Below are positions 48,021-58,303 of a DNA stretch of 64,000 nt, in pieces. Both the position numbers and the translations under genes were made by a program. The notes beneath the pieces are model-generated. The model searched no databases. It was given only the letters and a program-made list of their open reading frames with translations, and was not told the DNA's origin. Within the stretch, counting starts at the first letter, position 1; each line of letters begins with the position of its first letter. Origin of the DNA: Nitrospirota bacterium (lineage in GTDB: Bacteria; Nitrospirota; UBA9217); the NCBI GenBank assembly GCA_029858565.1, contig JAOUEV010000004.1, positions 1 through 64,000 of the forward strand. The letters are read 5' to 3'.

Positions 48021-49610
48021 ATGCTTAAAAATATGAAGATAGGATCGCGGCTGTACTTGGGATTTGCAGTCGTCATCATGGTATTCGGCCTGTCGGCTGT
48101 TTATCAGATTATGGCTATAAACCAACTTGGGCGCATGCAGGATGAAGGAGCCAAAAGGGCAGACGATACCGTTGCGCTTGAACGTGCCGAACTGGGCCTG
48201 ATGGAATTGTACTCGATGATTGCCGATGCGGTGATCAACCGGGATTATAGCCGCACTGAATCGGAATACCGGGAACTCAAAAGCAGACTGCTGAAGGACG
48301 TCGAACACGTGAAAGAACTGGTTGATACGGAAAAGGAGCGGCAGCTTGCCGCGAAATACCAGGACGACCTGCATCGGTATCTGGAAGTCTGGGAAAACCG
48401 GTTGTTTCCCGCGCTCAAGAGCGGCGAGCAGGCTGCCGGCGAACAGGTGCGTAAGCTCGATGGAGAGATCGACAATATCCGGGAAGAGGCCAGAGGCCAT
48501 CTTGCGGAAATATCGTCATCGCTGAACAAGGAGATGGTTGAAGCGGACAGGGTATACGACGTCCTGCGGGAGAAGGCCGTTACGGCCGCGATTGCGGTGT
48601 TGCTGGTCGGGCTGCTCTTTTCCGCAGGATTGGCGCACTTCATCACGCGAAGCATCACCGCGCCGATCAGCGAGGCGGTGAACATATCCAATGATCTCGC
48701 CGCAGGGGATCTCACCAGGAATATTGTCGTCGCGCGTACGGACGAGACGGGGATGCTGCTCGCGGCCATGAAAGAGATGATCGGTAAAATCGGGGCGGTG
48801 GTTGCCGACGTCAAGACCGCGTCGGGCAATGTGGCTTCGGGCAGCGAGCAGCTCTCGGCCAGCGCCCAGCAGATGTCCCAGGGCACGACCGAACAGGCTG
48901 CTTCGACCGAGGAGGCATCGTCGTCGGTCCAGCAAATGAACGCGACCATCCGTCAGAACTCTGATAACGCGGCCCAGACCGAAAAGATCGCGCTGAAGGC
49001 CGCTATGGACGCCCAGGAGAGCGGCAAGGCCGTGACCGACTCGGTAATCGCCATGAGGCAGATCGCCGAGAAGATCAATATCATCGAGGAGATCGCGCGC
49101 CAGACGAATCTCCTGGCCCTGAACGCCGCGATCGAGGCGGCCCGGGCAGGCGAGCACGGCAAAGGTTTCGCCGTGGTGGCGGCCGAGGTGCGGAAACTGG
49201 CCGAGCGGAGCCAGACTGCTGCTGCCGAGATCAGCCAGCTGTCGGGCTCGAGCGTGCAGGTCGCCGAGCGTGCGGGCAGCATGCTTGCCAAGCTGGTGCC
49301 GGACATCCAGAAGACGGCCGAATTGGTGCAGGAGATCAGCGCATCAAGCAAGGAGCAGGCGGGCGGCGCGGACCAGATCAATGCCTCGATCCAGCAGATG
49401 GACCAGGTGGTGCAGCAGAACGCGGGGGCTGCTGAAGAGATGGCCTCCACAGCAGAGGAACTCTCTTCCCAGGCAGATTATTTGCAGAAAACGGTCGCAT
49501 TTTTCAAAGTGAACGGTGAAGACCGGGGGGTGCGTGAAAAAGGCCGGCCCGAAGAAAGAACAACCGTGGGTGAGAACTTCGGAAATCCGAGGATCCGGGG
49601 GGGGCGATGA
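48021..49610 (+). CDS. Methyl-accepting chemotaxis protein (TM, four-helix sensor, HAMP, short signalling domain)
   Basis: GGAGG RBS; [40 protein letters not shown]. Confidence 0.96.
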   Translation: MLKNMKIGSRLYLGFAVVIMVFGLSAVYQIMAINQLGRMQDEGAKRADDTVALERAELGLMELYSMIADAVINRDYSRTESEYRELKSRLLKDVEHVKELVDTEKERQLAAKYQDDLHRYLEVWENRLFPALKSGEQAAGEQVRKLDGEIDNIREEARGHLAEISSSLNKEMVEADRVYDVLREKAVTAAIAVLLVGLLFSAGLAHFITRSITAPISEAVNISNDLAAGDLTRNIVVARTDETGMLLAAMKEMIGKIGAVVADVKTASGNVASGSEQLSASAQQMSQGTTEQAASTEEASSSVQQMNATIRQNSDNAAQTEKIALKAAMDAQESGKAVTDSVIAMRQIAEKINIIEEIARQTNLLALNAAIEAARAGEHGKGFAVVAAEVRKLAERSQTAAAEISQLSGSSVQVAERAGSMLAKLVPDIQKTAELVQEISASSKEQAGGADQINASIQQMDQVVQQNAGAAEEMASTAEELSSQADYLQKTVAFFKVNGEDRGVREKGRPEERTTVGENFGNPRIRGGR

Positions 49611-50086
49611 AACGACCATGCGAGGACAAGCAGGAGCAGCAAAACCGCAGAGGATGGGACATTCTTCTGATCGACGAGGCTGGGCGTGTTTCCGGCGGCC
49701 GGGAAACAGCGCTCATCAAGCACGACGGAATGCATTTCATCGTCGCCGGAGGCGTGGGCAATGCAATACGGCTGCTCGATACGATCGCGGTGGATGCAGT
49801 CTGCAATTGCGCCGAAATCGGCGATCCGGAAGACGCGGCGCGGCTGCTGACGTTCGTTGCGGCGAAGTATCCCGGTCTTCCGGTGATCGATGCGGGGAAA
49901 GACGATTCCCGCACGCAGGGGGAGCTCGGACAGCATGCGTTTATTGAGTCCGTGCGCCGCTACATCGAGAGCAGGAACGAACATCACCGGCGGGAACAGG
50001 CGCGGGCGCGCATGGACGCCGGAGCGTCCCTGTTGCCGCGGTCCTGTCCGGCGGAATGCACCGGTCTCTCGGACGCCGGGGAGTGA
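49607..50086 (+). CDS. Hypothetical protein, possibly a degenerate receiver
   Basis: Overlaps the MCP stop (ATGA); DILLIDE...VDAV...YPGLPVI pattern. Confidence 0.5.
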   Translation: MKRPCEDKQEQQNRRGWDILLIDEAGRVSGGRETALIKHDGMHFIVAGGVGNAIRLLDTIAVDAVCNCAEIGDPEDAARLLTFVAAKYPGLPVIDAGKDDSRTQGELGQHAFIESVRRYIESRNEHHRREQARARMDAGASLLPRSCPAECTGLSDAGE

Positions 50087-50204
50087 CCGCGGCTTCGACT
50101 CGACGATGAAAAGAATCGCGGTTCATAATTTGATCGCAAAAGGTATGTTTATCAGAAACGCCGGCGGCGGGCCGACAGCCGAAGACAATACGGGAAGAAA
50201 CGTC

Positions 50205-50585
50205 ATGATCGACATCAAATACTGTCAACGAGGAGCCGTCGGCGTCCTGACCTTGGGAGGCGATCTCGGCAAACAGAGCGAATGCGATATCCGGTCGGCC
50301 CTTGCCATGTCGCTTCGCAACGCGGACAGCCTCGTGATCGATCTCGAAAAGGTCGACAATCTCGATTCCGCGTGCTGTGAACTGTTATGCAGGACGATCG
50401 AAACGCATCGGAACGCGAAACGATTGTCGGTGGGCGGGAAATACGTAGAAACGCTGAAAGAAAGGATACGACTGAGCGGTTACGCGTGCATGACGATTTG
50501 CCGGGAAACCGGGGAGTGCCGGTTTTTGCGGCTTTGCGGCGAGCACCCATGGACGGGAAACGCGCAGGATCAGTGGGCGCCATGA
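50205..50585 (+). CDS. STAS-domain protein with Cys-rich C-terminus
   Basis: VLTLGGDL, LVIDLEKVDNLDSAC.ELL, tail CMTICRETGEC. Confidence 0.8.
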   Translation: MIDIKYCQRGAVGVLTLGGDLGKQSECDIRSALAMSLRNADSLVIDLEKVDNLDSACCELLCRTIETHRNAKRLSVGGKYVETLKERIRLSGYACMTICRETGECRFLRLCGEHPWTGNAQDQWAP

Positions 50586-53500
50586 GCATTAAAACAAAAT
50601 TCATTTTATCGGTCGGTCTGATCATCGCGGGCATTGCGGCCCTGTCCGGCTATTTGTATTTCGAACGTGAAACCGCCGATGAATACCAGCGTCTGGAGCA
50701 GTTCGTCAGCCGTATCGGGATGGTCCTCGAACACGACATCGCGGATCACATGTCCACGGGCAGGCACGAACTTCAGGATGCTTATTTGTTTCCTCTGCTG
50801 AAATTCGAGCCGATTGCCGCCATACGGCTGGTTAATGCCGCAGGTGTGGTGACCCGATCTACGTACCGCGAGGAAATCGGGTCGCAATTTCCACTCAAAA
50901 GCGTCGGGGACGGCCGCACTGCCGGAGGGAAACCGCGCGGGACCTATCTGGAAAAGGAAAAGATGTACCGTCTGATACAGCCTATTGCAAACAAGCGGGA
51001 ATGCCATGTCTGCCACCATGCCTCTGCCGGGAACAACGGGGCCTTTATCGTGGATTTCCGCTCAGAGGAAGTGCACGGCAACGTGTGGAAGGACATCAAC
51101 CGCGCACTCGCGATATTTTTCCCCGCTCTCGTTGCGATAGGCGCGACGGTCTATCTGATCAGCAGCAGGATGATCATAGCGCGGATCAACCGGCTGACCG
51201 AAAGCCTCAGGCAGTTCAAGGAGGGCGATTACGGCGTCAAGCTGCCGCTGAGCAACAACGACGAGATCACGGATCTGAAACGCGCGTTCAATGAAATGGG
51301 CGACGTGGTCCGCCGGAGGGACCGGGAAAAAGAGGAACTGCTCAAACAGATCACTTGCGCAGGCGAAAAAATGGGCCGCTTGTACCGCCGCCACGCGGAA
51401 CTGATCGATTCCCTGGACAGCATTGTTTGGGAGGCAGACGCGTGCACCTTCCGGTTCACCTTCGTCAGCAAGCAGGCGGAGCGGATCCTGGGGTATCCTG
51501 TCCGGCAATGGCTCGAAGAGCCGCTGTTCTGGAAAGAGCATGTCCACCCCGAGGACCGGGACTGGTCGGCTTCCCTGTGCATGAAGGCCTCGGCGGAGAA
51601 GCGGCCCCATGAGCTCGAATACCGGATACTGGCGGCCGACGGTCGCGTGGTATGGGTGCATGACGTGGTTTCCGTGGTCGCGGACAAGGACGGCGCGGTC
51701 GCGCTGCGCGGCGTGATGGTGGACGTCACGGAGCGGAAAGAGGCCGAGCGGAAGATCAATGACGCGTTCGCCGAGGCCAGGGCGCGGAAGGCGGAAAACG
51801 AGGCCTTGCTCCAAAGCGCGCGCGCGGCGCTGAAGTACCCCGTCTTCGGCCAGGCCGTCCGGGAGATCTTCGACCGCTGCAAGGAACTGATCGGCGCGTC
51901 TGCCGGATATGTTACGCTGGCGTCGGAAGACGGGCTGTGCAACAGCATCCTGGTCCTGGATCTGGACGGGATGAAGCGCGATGTCGATCAGAGGCTCACG
52001 ATCCCCATGAGCGGCATGTGGGGAGAGTCGTTCCGGTCCGGGAGACCGCTGTACCACAACGACTTCCTGAACAGCGAGTGGGCGCAGTTTCTTCCTCCTG
52101 GGCATGTGGAGATCCGGAACGTGCTGTTCGCGCCGCTGATCGCCGAGGGAAAGTCGGTCGGCTTGTTCGCTTTCGGGAACAAGCCGGGCGGATTCACGGA
52201 AGCCGACGCCAGGAGGGCGGCCGAATTCTGCGAGATCGCCATCATCTCCTACGTCAACGAGCGGGCGGACAGGGCGCTGCTGGCGAGCAAGCAGCGGTAC
52301 AAAAAACTGGTCGAATCAACGACCAGCTACATCTACACGGTGTCGGTTGCCGATGGACTGCCGGTTGCAACGGCCCACGGTCCGGGATGCGCGACGGTGA
52401 CGGGTTACACGTCGGAGGACTATGCGGCTGATTCCAACCTCTGGTACCGCATGGTCCACCCCGACGACCGGGACCGGGTGCTGGACCAGGCAAAGAACAT
52501 TCTTGCCGGCGAGGCGCCCCCGGCCCTTGAGCATCGGATCGTCCACAAGGACGGCACGATCCGCTGGGTGAAGAACACGCCCGTGCCCCACCGGGACGCC
52601 GCAGGCAGCCTGGTCGCCTATGACGGTCTGATCAGCGACATCACGGAGCGGAGAAAAGCGGAAATGGAACGGGAAAAGCTGATCGCCGAGCTCCAGGAAG
52701 TCCTGGGCCGCGTGACCCGGTCGAAACAGGAGTGGCAGCTGACCTTCGACAATATAACCGATCTCATATCGATCCATGACAAGGATTTTAACATCATCAG
52801 GCACAACCGCGCCTTCGCCCAGTACTTCGGTTTCGATTGCAAGGAGCCGGTCAGGGTCAAGTGCCACGAGTTGTTCCAGGGGACCTGCTTCTCCGAAGGC
52901 CGTTGTCCCCACGGTGCCGCGCAAGTCGACGCTCCCTTCGGCGCGTGGGAGTATGCGGACGTGAATCGGAAAAAACTCCTCAAGGTGACCACGTTCCCCT
53001 TCCATTCGGCCGAAGGCGAGGTGCTCGGGTCCATTCATTTGATGAAGAACATCACCGAGGAGCGGGAAAAGGAAACGCAGGTCATGATGCAGGAACGGCT
53101 GGCGACGCTCGGCCAGGTGTCGTCGGGCATCGCCCACGAGATCAACAACCCACTGGCGTCCATCGCTGGCTGCGCCGAAGGGCTGCTGGCGCGGGTGCGG
53201 AAAGGACGGTATGACGGGAGCATGTTCGAGCAATACCTGAACATCGTGCTGGAAGAGGTCGGGAGGTGCAAGAACATCACTTCGGCGATGCTTTCCATCG
53301 TCCGGAGGACGAGTTATGATCGGCAGGCGTGCGACGTGAACGCCGTGCTGGACAAGACACTGGAGATTATCGGCTTCCAGGGACGGCTTCGGGAGGTGGA
53401 GGTCTCAAAAGCGTACCAGGAGAGCATCCCGCCGATCCATGCGAGCGAAGGAGAACTGAAGCAGGTCTTTATCATCCTCCTGTCCAATGCCATCGAGGCA

Positions 53501-53803
53501 ATGGAAAACCGCGGCGCAATCGCCATCGAAACGCGCATTGACGACGGCACGGTGCGCCTGGCGATCAGCGATACCGGTCCCGGCATGCCCCCGGAGCATC
53601 TTGACCGGATTTTCGACCCCTTTTTTACCACGAAGCAGGAGAAGGGGGGGACCGGCCTGGGCCTGTCGATCGCCAGGAGGATCATTGCGAGTCATCGCGG
53701 CCTCATAACCGCGGCGTCCGCGCCCGGCAAAGGAACCACCTTTTCCATAATGCTGCCTGCCAGCCTGCAGCGGGAGACCGGCGGGGGCCCGATCGGCTGC
53801 TGA
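50582..53803 (+). CDS. Membrane histidine kinase with periplasmic CxxCH motif, HAMP, PAS, GAF, two PAS
   Basis: TM, ECHVCHH, TM, HAMP, GIAHEINNPL, LLSNA, DTGPG, PFFTTK, GTGLGL. Confidence 0.92.
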   Translation: MSIKTKFILSVGLIIAGIAALSGYLYFERETADEYQRLEQFVSRIGMVLEHDIADHMSTGRHELQDAYLFPLLKFEPIAAIRLVNAAGVVTRSTYREEIGSQFPLKSVGDGRTAGGKPRGTYLEKEKMYRLIQPIANKRECHVCHHASAGNNGAFIVDFRSEEVHGNVWKDINRALAIFFPALVAIGATVYLISSRMIIARINRLTESLRQFKEGDYGVKLPLSNNDEITDLKRAFNEMGDVVRRRDREKEELLKQITCAGEKMGRLYRRHAELIDSLDSIVWEADACTFRFTFVSKQAERILGYPVRQWLEEPLFWKEHVHPEDRDWSASLCMKASAEKRPHELEYRILAADGRVVWVHDVVSVVADKDGAVALRGVMVDVTERKEAERKINDAFAEARARKAENEALLQSARAALKYPVFGQAVREIFDRCKELIGASAGYVTLASEDGLCNSILVLDLDGMKRDVDQRLTIPMSGMWGESFRSGRPLYHNDFLNSEWAQFLPPGHVEIRNVLFAPLIAEGKSVGLFAFGNKPGGFTEADARRAAEFCEIAIISYVNERADRALLASKQRYKKLVESTTSYIYTVSVADGLPVATAHGPGCATVTGYTSEDYAADSNLWYRMVHPDDRDRVLDQAKNILAGEAPPALEHRIVHKDGTIRWVKNTPVPHRDAAGSLVAYDGLISDITERRKAEMEREKLIAELQEVLGRVTRSKQEWQLTFDNITDLISIHDKDFNIIRHNRAFAQYFGFDCKEPVRVKCHELFQGTCFSEGRCPHGAAQVDAPFGAWEYADVNRKKLLKVTTFPFHSAEGEVLGSIHLMKNITEEREKETQVMMQERLATLGQVSSGIAHEINNPLASIAGCAEGLLARVRKGRYDGSMFEQYLNIVLEEVGRCKNITSAMLSIVRRTSYDRQACDVNAVLDKTLEIIGFQGRLREVEVSKAYQESIPPIHASEGELKQVFIILLSNAIEAMENRGAIAIETRIDDGTVRLAISDTGPGMPPEHLDRIFDPFFTTKQEKGGTGLGLSIARRIIASHRGLITAASAPGKGTTFSIMLPASLQRETGGGPIGC

Positions 53804-53830
53804 AATCCCCGCGCCAAGGAGGAGAGAACC

Positions 53831-53971
53831 ATGGTCAGCCTGAGCATCGCCGCCGACCATGCGATATTTCTGCACGGGCTCAAAAGACTGCTGGATGGGG
53901 AGCCGGATTTCGAGGTGCTGTCCGCGTCACGGAGCGGCAGGGACGCGCTCCGGGAGAGCCGGGAGAAGTAG
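53831..53971 (+). pseudogene. Truncated NarL/LuxR-type response regulator (first 46 aa)
   Basis: AGGAGGAG RBS; MVSLSIAADHAIFLHGLKRLLDGEPDFEVLSASRSGRDAL then stop. Confidence 0.7.
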
Positions 53972-54210
53972 AATCGGCGTATTGCTGAAGTCAAATAAAT
54001 CAAGGGGTTCCAGCACATACTGGAACCCCTTTTCATGTTCTCCCCGGGGCTGTGACGATTTGATGGGAACAAATGAGGAACAGCGTTGTTTTTTAAAAAA
54101 CAGATTTGTATTTCAAAAGCGATGACGTATTATTACTAGAGAAGTTAATTTTAACGAGGGGTTTGTCAATTGGAATGACAGAACGCTTCGGAACCTACTA
54201 AAGGAGATTG

Positions 54211-54570
54211 ATGATGAAACGGTTTAGAACGGCAGTAGCAGTTTGCGCTGTGCTGGTGGTCAGCGCTGTTGGATGCAATTCAGCCAAGAAGGAAGCATCC
54301 GCGCCGGCGTCCCAGGCACATCCTGCGGCAACCATGGCACAGGCAGGCGACCCATTTTCCGGGAAGGTTGTGGAAACGATGAACTCCGCCGGCTATACCT
54401 ACGTTTGTCTGGAGAACGGCGGTAAGAAGACCTGGTTTGCCATCCCTGAATCAAAGGTCGCGGTTGGCCAAGAACTGGCATTTCAGCCCGGCGGTGAGAT
54501 GAAGAACTTCACGAGCAAAACACTAAACCGATCCTTCGAAAGCATTATTTTCTCGCCCGGGATCCGTTGA
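54211..54570 (+). CDS. Lipoprotein with OB-fold-like domain (NrfJ-related)
   Basis: Lipobox AVGC; GKVVETMNSAGYTYV...W.A.P...F.SKTLNR.F motif. Confidence 0.75.
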   Translation: MMKRFRTAVAVCAVLVVSAVGCNSAKKEASAPASQAHPAATMAQAGDPFSGKVVETMNSAGYTYVCLENGGKKTWFAIPESKVAVGQELAFQPGGEMKNFTSKTLNRSFESIIFSPGIR

Positions 54571-54598
54571 TCAGCTATTATCGGAACGTTATCTGAGG

Positions 54599-54633
54599 AA
54601 AGGCCGCTGTGGAGCACACGGCGGCCTTTTTTT
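54599..54633 (+). terminator. Intrinsic terminator
   Basis: AAAGGCCGCTGTG-loop-CACGGCGGCCTTTTTTT. Confidence 0.85.
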
Positions 54634-54713
54634 ATGAACGATTACAGGCTTCATCCTGCCTTTTCCATCCTGCCAGTATTGACTTCCCTCTGGATTTATG
54701 TAATTATGACAAC

Positions 54714-55634
54714 ATGGCTCTTGTAAACCACACGACGCGCGAGATTAACGCAAAGATCGTTTACTATGGCCCCGGTCTTTCGGGGAAGACCACTAATATC
54801 CACTTCATCTATCACCGCATTTCTCCGAACCAGCGCGGGAAGCTCATTTCTCTCGCAACAGAGACCGACCGTACGCTGTTCTTCGATTTTTTGCCGGTCG
54901 AGCTGGGTTCTGTCAAGGGGTACCGTGTCCGCTTCCATCTGTATACGGTGCCCGGACAGGTCTTCTACAACGCAACGCGCAAACTTGTGCTCAAGGGCGC
55001 CGACGGCGTGATCTTCGTGGCAGATTCTCAGCGCGCAATGGTCGACGCCAACCTTGAGAGCCTTTCCAACCTCCACGACAATTTCGGGGACATGGGGATC
55101 GACCTCACCGATTTTCCCATGGTGATCCAGTATAACAAGCGGGACCTGCACGATGTGATGACCGTGGAGGAAATGAACCAGACCATCAATCCGAAGCTTA
55201 CTCCGTACTATGAAGCGGTCGCCATGAACGGCGACGGCGTGCTCAAAACCTTTGCCGCGATCTCCAAGCTGGTACTGCAGGACATGCAGAAACACCCCGA
55301 GCGGCACAATTTCTCCGTTGGCGACATCGTTGCAAAGGCCGAAGAGCAGCCCGAGGATTCCGCATCGCTTATGGAAGACCGCGATGCGGAGCCTGCGCTT
55401 CCCGACGCTCCGCTTGCCGATGAGGCAAAGCCCGCAATGGCCGCCCTGGAAAAGAGCGTTGACCGTGGCATGCACGTCGGCCTGGGGAAGGCTGTGATGG
55501 AAGAAAACCAGATTGTCCTTCCTTTTGAAGTGCAGACAAAGAATGGACGCGAGCAGTATCAATTGCGCGTTACCATCAATACCGAAGGGCCCGCCGCAAA
55601 ACGCTTCAAGGTGGTCGTCAAGGGATTCAAATAA
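54714..55634 (+). CDS. mglA: MglA-family small GTPase with C-terminal extension
   Basis: KIVYYGPGLSGKTTN, TDRTLFFD, TVPGQ, NKRD. Confidence 0.88.
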   Translation: MALVNHTTREINAKIVYYGPGLSGKTTNIHFIYHRISPNQRGKLISLATETDRTLFFDFLPVELGSVKGYRVRFHLYTVPGQVFYNATRKLVLKGADGVIFVADSQRAMVDANLESLSNLHDNFGDMGIDLTDFPMVIQYNKRDLHDVMTVEEMNQTINPKLTPYYEAVAMNGDGVLKTFAAISKLVLQDMQKHPERHNFSVGDIVAKAEEQPEDSASLMEDRDAEPALPDAPLADEAKPAMAALEKSVDRGMHVGLGKAVMEENQIVLPFEVQTKNGREQYQLRVTINTEGPAAKRFKVVVKGFK

Positions 55635-55682
55635 GACGAATCATCCTCCCGCGGGCGCACTTCGTTTCGGCATGACCCTCCT

Positions 55683-56372
55683 ATGTCCAAAGTAACCGCA
55701 TTGATCCCCGCCGCAGGAATGGGCAAACGCATGGGGAAGGCTGTTGCCAAGCAGTTTCTGCCGCTCGGCGACCGCCCTCTGCTAGCCCATACGCTGCTCG
55801 TGTTCCAGCGTTCCGATGATATCGATGAGATCATCCCGATACTGTCTCAGGAGGACATGGAGCATTGTCTCCGCGATGTGATCGAAGCGTACCGGATCAC
55901 CAAGGTCAGGACCCTTGTGACAGGCGGCAAGGAACGCCAGGACTCGGTCCTGAACGGTATTCGAAAGCTCGGCACGGACACCGAGGTTGTGGTGGTGCAC
56001 GACGGGGTCCGGCCCTTTGTTTCCGGGGAAATGATCCGGCAGTGTGTTACTCTCGCGCGTCAGGGCCAGTCAGTAACCGTAGGTGTGCCCATCAAGGACA
56101 CGATCAAGGAAGTCGACGAACAAGGACGCGTGCAGCGGACACTTGAGCGGAACAGGCTCTGGGCCATTCAGACACCTCAGGCCTTCCCCGCTGAGCTACT
56201 CCGGGCCGCCCATGAGGAGTCGGTAAAGAGCGGCCGGTCCGGGACGGACGATGCGACCCTGGTGGAATATGCCGGAGGTCCGGTCCGGGTGATCATGGGC
56301 AGCTACGAGAACATCAAGATCACTACCCCCGAGGATCTAGTCATTGCCGAAGAGATTTTGCGGGGTCGTTGA
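55683..56372 (+). CDS. ispD: 2-C-methyl-D-erythritol 4-phosphate cytidylyltransferase
   Basis: PAAG.G.RM, GG.ERQDSV, VHDGVRP, QTPQ.F, TDDA, NIKITTPEDL. Confidence 0.97.
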   Translation: MSKVTALIPAAGMGKRMGKAVAKQFLPLGDRPLLAHTLLVFQRSDDIDEIIPILSQEDMEHCLRDVIEAYRITKVRTLVTGGKERQDSVLNGIRKLGTDTEVVVVHDGVRPFVSGEMIRQCVTLARQGQSVTVGVPIKDTIKEVDEQGRVQRTLERNRLWAIQTPQAFPAELLRAAHEESVKSGRSGTDDATLVEYAGGPVRVIMGSYENIKITTPEDLVIAEEILRGR

Positions 56373-56381
56373 GGGATCGGG

Positions 56382-56870
56382 ATGATGAATATGCGGATAG
56401 GTCATGGCTATGACGTTCACCGCCTGGTGGAAGGAAGAAAGCTGATCATCGGGGGAGTGGATATCCCCCATGAGAAGGGATTGCTGGGCCATTCCGACGC
56501 TGACGTGCTGCTGCACGCTATCTGCGATGCACTGCTTGGCGCAGCAGGCCTGGGAGATATTGGCCGCCATTTTCCCGACAGCGACCAGCGGTTCAAGGGT
56601 ATTTCGAGCATCCTGCTGCTCACTGAGACGGTAAAACTGCTGCGGGAGCGGGGATTCAGGACCGGCAACATCGACGCAACAATTGTTGCCGAGCGCCCCA
56701 AAATGGCCCCCCATATCCCGATGATGATCGCTGCCATCTCAAAGGCGGCCGGGGTGGATCCGCAGTCCGTGAATGTAAAGGCGACAACAACCGAGGGGCT
56801 TGGCTTTACCGGCACAGGCGAAGGTATTGCGGCCCATGCGGTATGTGCGATCGTGATTGCGGCAGCATGA
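56382..56870 (+). CDS. ispF: MEcPP synthase
   Basis: [33 protein letters not shown]. Confidence 0.97.
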   Translation: MMNMRIGHGYDVHRLVEGRKLIIGGVDIPHEKGLLGHSDADVLLHAICDALLGAAGLGDIGRHFPDSDQRFKGISSILLLTETVKLLRERGFRTGNIDATIVAERPKMAPHIPMMIAAISKAAGVDPQSVNVKATTTEGLGFTGTGEGIAAHAVCAIVIAAA

Positions 56871-56898
56871 ACTCCACATGATTATCATCGGAGGCAAG

Positions 56899-57477
56899 AT
56901 GAGACCCATGGGGTTGAAACCGATCCTGTGCATCGTTGCATGTGTCATTGCTTTTTCGCACGGTTACGCTGTGCGGGCCGAAGATCAGGAGACGAGAGTC
57001 ATCTATCAATGGCAGGATGAGCAGGGCGTTGTGCATATTTCCGATAATCTGGAAAAGGTGCCGAATAAGTTCCGTTCATCAGCCAAAAAGATATCGCCAG
57101 CAACACCATACGGGACAGACCAGCCTGCGGTCGAGAAGGGCAATGGAGCGAGCAGGTCGCAGGAAGCGCCGCCGTCCTCATCAAGAGATGACTACCAGAA
57201 TCAGTTGTGGCAAGCGCGCATGCGCGAAGCACGGCAAACAGTGAAGTATCTGACCGGCGAGATACGGTCACAGGAAGAGCACCTTAAACAGATCAAGGAA
57301 AAGTGGGGCAGCGGTCTCTACGGGTATCCGGATGAAGTGGCTGCGCAGATAAAAGCGCTGGAGAACCGGATAGGGGACCTTAATATATCGCTTGAGCAGG
57401 CCCAAAAGACCGTTGATACCGATATTCCTGACGCGGCGCGAAAAGCGGGCATACCCCCCGGTTGGCTGAGAGAATGA
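56899..57477 (+). CDS. Secreted DUF4124-like protein with coiled coil
   Basis: Signal peptide, IYQWQDEQGVVH.SD motif, C-terminal ARKAGIPPGWLR. Confidence 0.8.
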   Translation: MRPMGLKPILCIVACVIAFSHGYAVRAEDQETRVIYQWQDEQGVVHISDNLEKVPNKFRSSAKKISPATPYGTDQPAVEKGNGASRSQEAPPSSSRDDYQNQLWQARMREARQTVKYLTGEIRSQEEHLKQIKEKWGSGLYGYPDEVAAQIKALENRIGDLNISLEQAQKTVDTDIPDAARKAGIPPGWLRE

Positions 57478-57565
57478 TGTTTGGAAGCGTGTGGTGTGCA
57501 AAGAACGACGTGTATTAACCGATAGTTGATGTAGGTAGCAGTAGATGTCCCAGGGAAAAATAATA

Positions 57566-58234
57566 ATGTCTATGTCCGAAACCCTTGGCAAGATAAAGAA
57601 AGACTTTCAGGCGGCCCTGTCCATGGATCCGGCCGCAACGAGCAAGCTTGAGGTCGCTCTCACCTATTCAGGTTTCCATGCCATGCTGTTCTACCGCATG
57701 GCTCATTGGATATGGAAGAAACGTATTCCGTTCCTTCCCCGGGCGCTGTCCCAGTTCGCCCGGTTCATCACCGGGATCGAGATTCATCCAGGAGCGACCA
57801 TCGGATCGGGTCTTTTCATTGACCACGGAATGGGTGTGGTGATTGGAGAGACAACAGAGATCGGTAACAATGTAGTGCTCTTCCAGGGTGTAACCCTTGG
57901 CGGCACGGGAAAGCAGCGCGGCAAGCGTCATCCGACCATCGGGAGCCATGTGGTCGTTGGAGCCGGCGCGAAGGTGCTGGGTCCCATAACCGTAGGCGAC
58001 TATGTCAAGATCGGCGCGAACTCCGTGCTGCTTCAGGACGTTCCTGACCATTCCACGGTCGTTGGCATCCCCGGCAGGATCGTCCGCATCAAGGACGAAC
58101 GGGTGCCTGATGAGGCCCTGCTGGACCATATCCATATTCCCGATCCCATAGCCGACAAGCTCATCGAACTGCAGGTGCAGATCGACAAGCTGAAGGAGCA
58201 GATCGACAAACTTCGGCAGGGACGTCGGAGCTAA
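57566..58234 (+). CDS. cysE: Serine O-acetyltransferase
   Basis: [28 protein letters not shown]...KRHPT. Confidence 0.96.
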   Translation: MSMSETLGKIKKDFQAALSMDPAATSKLEVALTYSGFHAMLFYRMAHWIWKKRIPFLPRALSQFARFITGIEIHPGATIGSGLFIDHGMGVVIGETTEIGNNVVLFQGVTLGGTGKQRGKRHPTIGSHVVVGAGAKVLGPITVGDYVKIGANSVLLQDVPDHSTVVGIPGRIVRIKDERVPDEALLDHIHIPDPIADKLIELQVQIDKLKEQIDKLRQGRRS

Positions 58235-58303
58235 GATCGCTTCCCGGCCTGCCTGACGGACCTGTCAGCGCCTTCCACATTGTCCCGGTCGTCACCACAA
58301 ACC

